Source: Trichosphaerium sp. ATCC 40318
Taxonomy: Eukaryota; Protista; Tubulinea
DNA length: 64,000 bases
Assembly: GCA_038496445.1 (NCBI GenBank)
Contig: JALMLS010000234.1
Coordinates: forward strand, 13,797-77,796
Direction of reading: 5' to 3'
Part shown: piece by piece, positions 60,661 to 64,000 of the stretch
Layout: the number at the start of each line of letters is the position of its first letter
Position numbering within the stretch: position 1 is the first letter of the stretch
Position numbers and translations under genes: made by a program
Notes under the pieces: model-generated
The model's input: only the letters and a program-made list of their open reading frames with translations
Database searches by the model: none
Told to the model about the DNA's origin: nothing

Positions 60661-61116
60661 CGTAGTACAGCCGTTAAAGTGAAAAAGCGTTGATTTTTTT
60701 TACTTTTGACTGTAAAAGACTTCACTGCAGTGGCGTTTTGTTCCGGTTATTCTCATTTCTACTACTTTGTAAACGAACGCAATAACCCATATAGAACCGC
60801 CACAAATAGTAACTTCGCTTGGCTTCAGTCCATTGTTGGAATCACAACAGTTATAACAAGGCTTAAAAACCATCCGTTACGTGAGACCATTACTATTACG
60901 TATTATTACGGCTAGTACATAAGCCTGGAGAGTACACATCACAAATGCGTTTTTCAGGAGTGTCAGTAGTGTTATTGGCATTGAGAGAGTTGGTTTAGTA
61001 TCCTGGTAGTGGCATACTTCACACAGGCGGAAATTAATGCGCTTTTGTTGACGCACAATGTGAACGCTTGTAGTTCTTACCCGCAACCACTTTTAAAAGT
61101 AACCTACACTCCGTAG

Positions 61117-63850
61117 ATGTCCAAGAAACAAAAGGGAAAGAAGGGCAAGCAGCAAGGGGATGATCTCGTCCCTCCATCCCGCACGGCTAGCCTCAAGAGT
61201 GCGTTTACCTTATATCAAAGCTAAAACAAAGCAAGCTGCTCTACAAATATAGCCTCACTACCCTTTTCAATTTCTGCGCTAAAAACCCGCTAGTTGATCA
61301 TAGAGTACTTGTAAATGATAGGACGTATGCTGATTTATTCTTCATCCTTGCGGATAGAAAGGAAATAGCAGCTCATAAGGCTATAATGTGTGTTAGAGCG
61401 CCTAATTGCATGTCTCAAGGTAACATGCGTTATAAATTAACGTTATAAATGTCGCCACTTTTAACCCCTTGAAGGCGTCAAAAAAAAACGTGATAAAAAG
61501 AATGTAACGCATTTGGAGCTTGATCCGAGCCTTCCAATAAACGAAGAGGTAACCACAAAAAATCAAAAAAAAAAACCCTTTGGATCAACTTGTATCCCTT
61601 GGGCCTCTTTTTGGCTTATTTTAACAATAAGATATAGACGCTACTGCGGAGCTTAGAATATTGTTACAGCGGAGAAGTTAATTTCGAAACACTTAGTACG
61701 GTTACCTTATTTTTATTCCCTCTTTTTTTTTTTATCTTATTTTTGAAATTTGTACGATCCTATGTACTGCTAACACTACAAAAGCGCCTAGCTTAGCGAT
61801 AAGGATGATCGCTGTTGCTGTTGTATACGGTTTAAAACACTTTGAGCAAGTTTTAAGGAAGTACTTACAAGGTAATTAACAAAAAAAAATCAAAAGGACG
61901 ATTATGCAGTTTATTTCTAATCAAAAAATCACGTGGCATTTTATTTATCACGTGACCCACGGGGTTTTTTATTTTTTTACCCATTTGTGTTTTTGGTATT
62001 AAAAAAAGATTATAGCCAGACTGAACCATGATAATATTTTTGGATTGCTAAGAGAAGCTAATGACCTAAAGGTATCTGATCTTTACTGTATTTTTGGTTT
62101 TTGGTTTTTGGTTTGTTATTTTGCAGTATATAATCGCTAATTATCGTCATAATAAGGTCGCATCTGCAAAAGAAGTTTTAATGGATTACGCATACAAAAA
62201 CCCGGTTATTTTGGGTAACACTGAAGGAGTAAACATTTTGGGTATCGGCCTATTTCAGGAGGTACAGGAAAAACCTATTGAGTATTGAATCGTAATTAAC
62301 ACTGCTTTTTTTCATTGTAGGTTGTAGTACTCCAACAAAAACAACCACAAAAACTCGCCGATGTACTTGAAGTCACTGAAAGTGAAAATGTGAGCGGAGT
62401 AACAAATTTCCTAAAACTGATAATAATCTTGTTTCATTTTGTGTTTGTTTTTATCCTTTTTTTACTGATGTTTATTGTGCAGTCTTCGAAGCATTTTAGA
62501 CATTTGTATGATTTAGAGCGTAAGAATTCAGCTGATATTCAATTTCGTATTGAAGGCACGAGCTCGGGAGTTTATCCTTTTTTAGAATTCAAGAACGAAC
62601 AATTTGCTAAATTGTAGTAGGAAAGCTTATTCTATGCCACAAATGTATCTTTGCATCTGCTTCTCCTCAAGTAGCTTCAATACTCCTTCAAGATCCTCAA
62701 GGAGACGCTAAGAAAGGAGGTTTGGAGTACATTCTACCTGTACGTTGTGATACTCTTTTCTTCTTCCTTTTGAATTGAATTGATGTGTTTTTAGGTACCT
62801 GGTTTCACTTCTGACGCTTTTGAATGTTTGTTAAAATGGATTTACTACAGAGATACTAACGTTAAACCTGCTGCATCAACACAACTTATCAAATTTTGCA
62901 AAGGGTTCAACATGCCTGAACTCAAGTGCGTTTAAAAATACACTACCAAGGTTTTCTTACTAGGTTACACAGGCAAGTTTGCGAAAATGTTGTAGTTGAT
63001 AACATTCAAACATCAACAGTATTAAGTATCCTCGAAGTAGCATACAATCCAGTTATGGAAGACAACCCAATCCTTAGGAAGAGATTGAAGCATAACGCCA
63101 CGAAATTTTTCACACAAAATTTCTACAATATTGACCTCACTCCAATTGGAACGTACGTCGCTTATCTTTGTGTATAATGCGATAATATACTTACTCGTTA
63201 TTAGTATGCCACTGGCTATCGCTGCAGATTTACTCAAGGCACTACAGGAAGACGGCAAAAATGGACGTTCGTCATTGGGTTCTGAGCCATCCGGTAAATC
63301 GATAAAAACACGTCGCTCAGCTGTAAACATGACTGGTCAACCATCACCACCGGGACACGCGCCACCAGCACCATCACATCAACCACCAGTACGTAAAAAT
63401 AACAGAACATGGCACCACTACAAGCATTATCTAACATTTAAATAAAGCCACCTGCGGCGCGACCAGCTTTGCCTGTGTCCCCTTCACCTGCCGCTGTGAT
63501 GGCGTATCCGACGTCTTCAGAGACCGAATCAACAGGAGGAGGATGGCAACCTGTTAGACCTTCAGCACCACAAACACCACAAACTCATGTACCAGCAGGT
63601 ACGTCGAGCTGGTTTTTTTAATGGCAACTTTTTCTTGAACGCGATTTTTTTCGTTTTTGTTAAACCGCACAACATAACTACCTATTCAATGTGTGCGCGT
63701 TTTATATTATTTATTTTTTAATTACATACTATCACAGCACCTCCTTCGACATTACCTTCAGAAGCGCCTGGCACCATGCGAAAAGGAAAGAAAGGAAAGA
63801 AGGAGAAAAAAGTGAAAGAAGGGAAAAAAGGAAAGAAGAACAAAAAGTAG
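61117..63850 (+). CDS. Tandem BTB/POZ-domain protein with Pro- and Lys-rich tail
   Basis: YADLFFIL...IAAHKAIMCVR and SADIQFRIE...ILCHKCIFASAS...AFECLLKWIY BTB domains; ends KKGKKNKK*. Confidence 0.85.
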
Positions 63851-64000
63851 ATTAGATGGGGATACACTTCCTGATATCCCAAAAGCCGTAGTATTTAAGC
63901 GAATTAAATAAAACACAACCCCTCAGAAAACCCAAATAACAAAAGACCACAGTGCCAAAAACATCAACGAAACGAAAACCCACAAAAAAAAGAAAAAAAG

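Noticed and set aside
60706-61086. Short ORFs between NSRP1 and the BTB gene
   Set aside because: No recognisable motif or consistent splice model; probably divergent promoter/UTR sequence.
1-64000. Alternative genetic code or stop readthrough to explain the fragmented ORFs
   Set aside because: Every interruption examined resolved as a GT-AG or GC-AG intron; TAA, TAG and TGA all serve as terminal stops.
1-64000. tRNA, rRNA, CRISPR arrays, transposases, telomeric repeats
   Set aside because: No cloverleaf, repeat-spacer periodicity or transposase/RT motif was recognised by eye.

Overview
Eukaryotic nuclear DNA: AT-rich, very gene-dense, with many short (mostly ~35-170 nt) spliceosomal introns whose donors are often GTACG(T)/GTGCG. 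This style fits a free-living protist, plausibly an amoebozoan (inference). The ORF track shows only exon fragments, so genes were spliced by hand and coordinates are first-to-last coding base; some termini are approximate. About 31 protein genes are supported, including XPB, GH28, CCDC93, F-box/WD40, G-patch/ZnF, INTS4, C2-RasGAP, PNPO, RAD1, PIF1, GH79, KDM4, two tandem SDRs, a sulfatase, NSRP1 and a BTB protein. No tRNA, rRNA, CRISPR array or transposase was recognised. Top observations: (1) two paralogous genes built from five ~70-aa 'DWY...GG...Y.GS...YP...W..WKF..P..FW' repeats with introns at recurring positions, one fused to a C-terminal PD-(D/E)XK-like nuclease and one lacking it (candidate modular nucleic-acid-targeting system); (2) an intron-containing bacterial-type HU/IHF gene; (3) PIF1 fused to an RFC1-type BRCT domain, head-to-head with RAD1; (4) a Menin homolog with a possibly intact Cys-His-Glu triad; (5) an MDC1-like TQxF cluster; (6) a highly structured sulfatase intron, a structured intergenic RNA candidate, gene-fragment relics and strong CACGTG enrichment.
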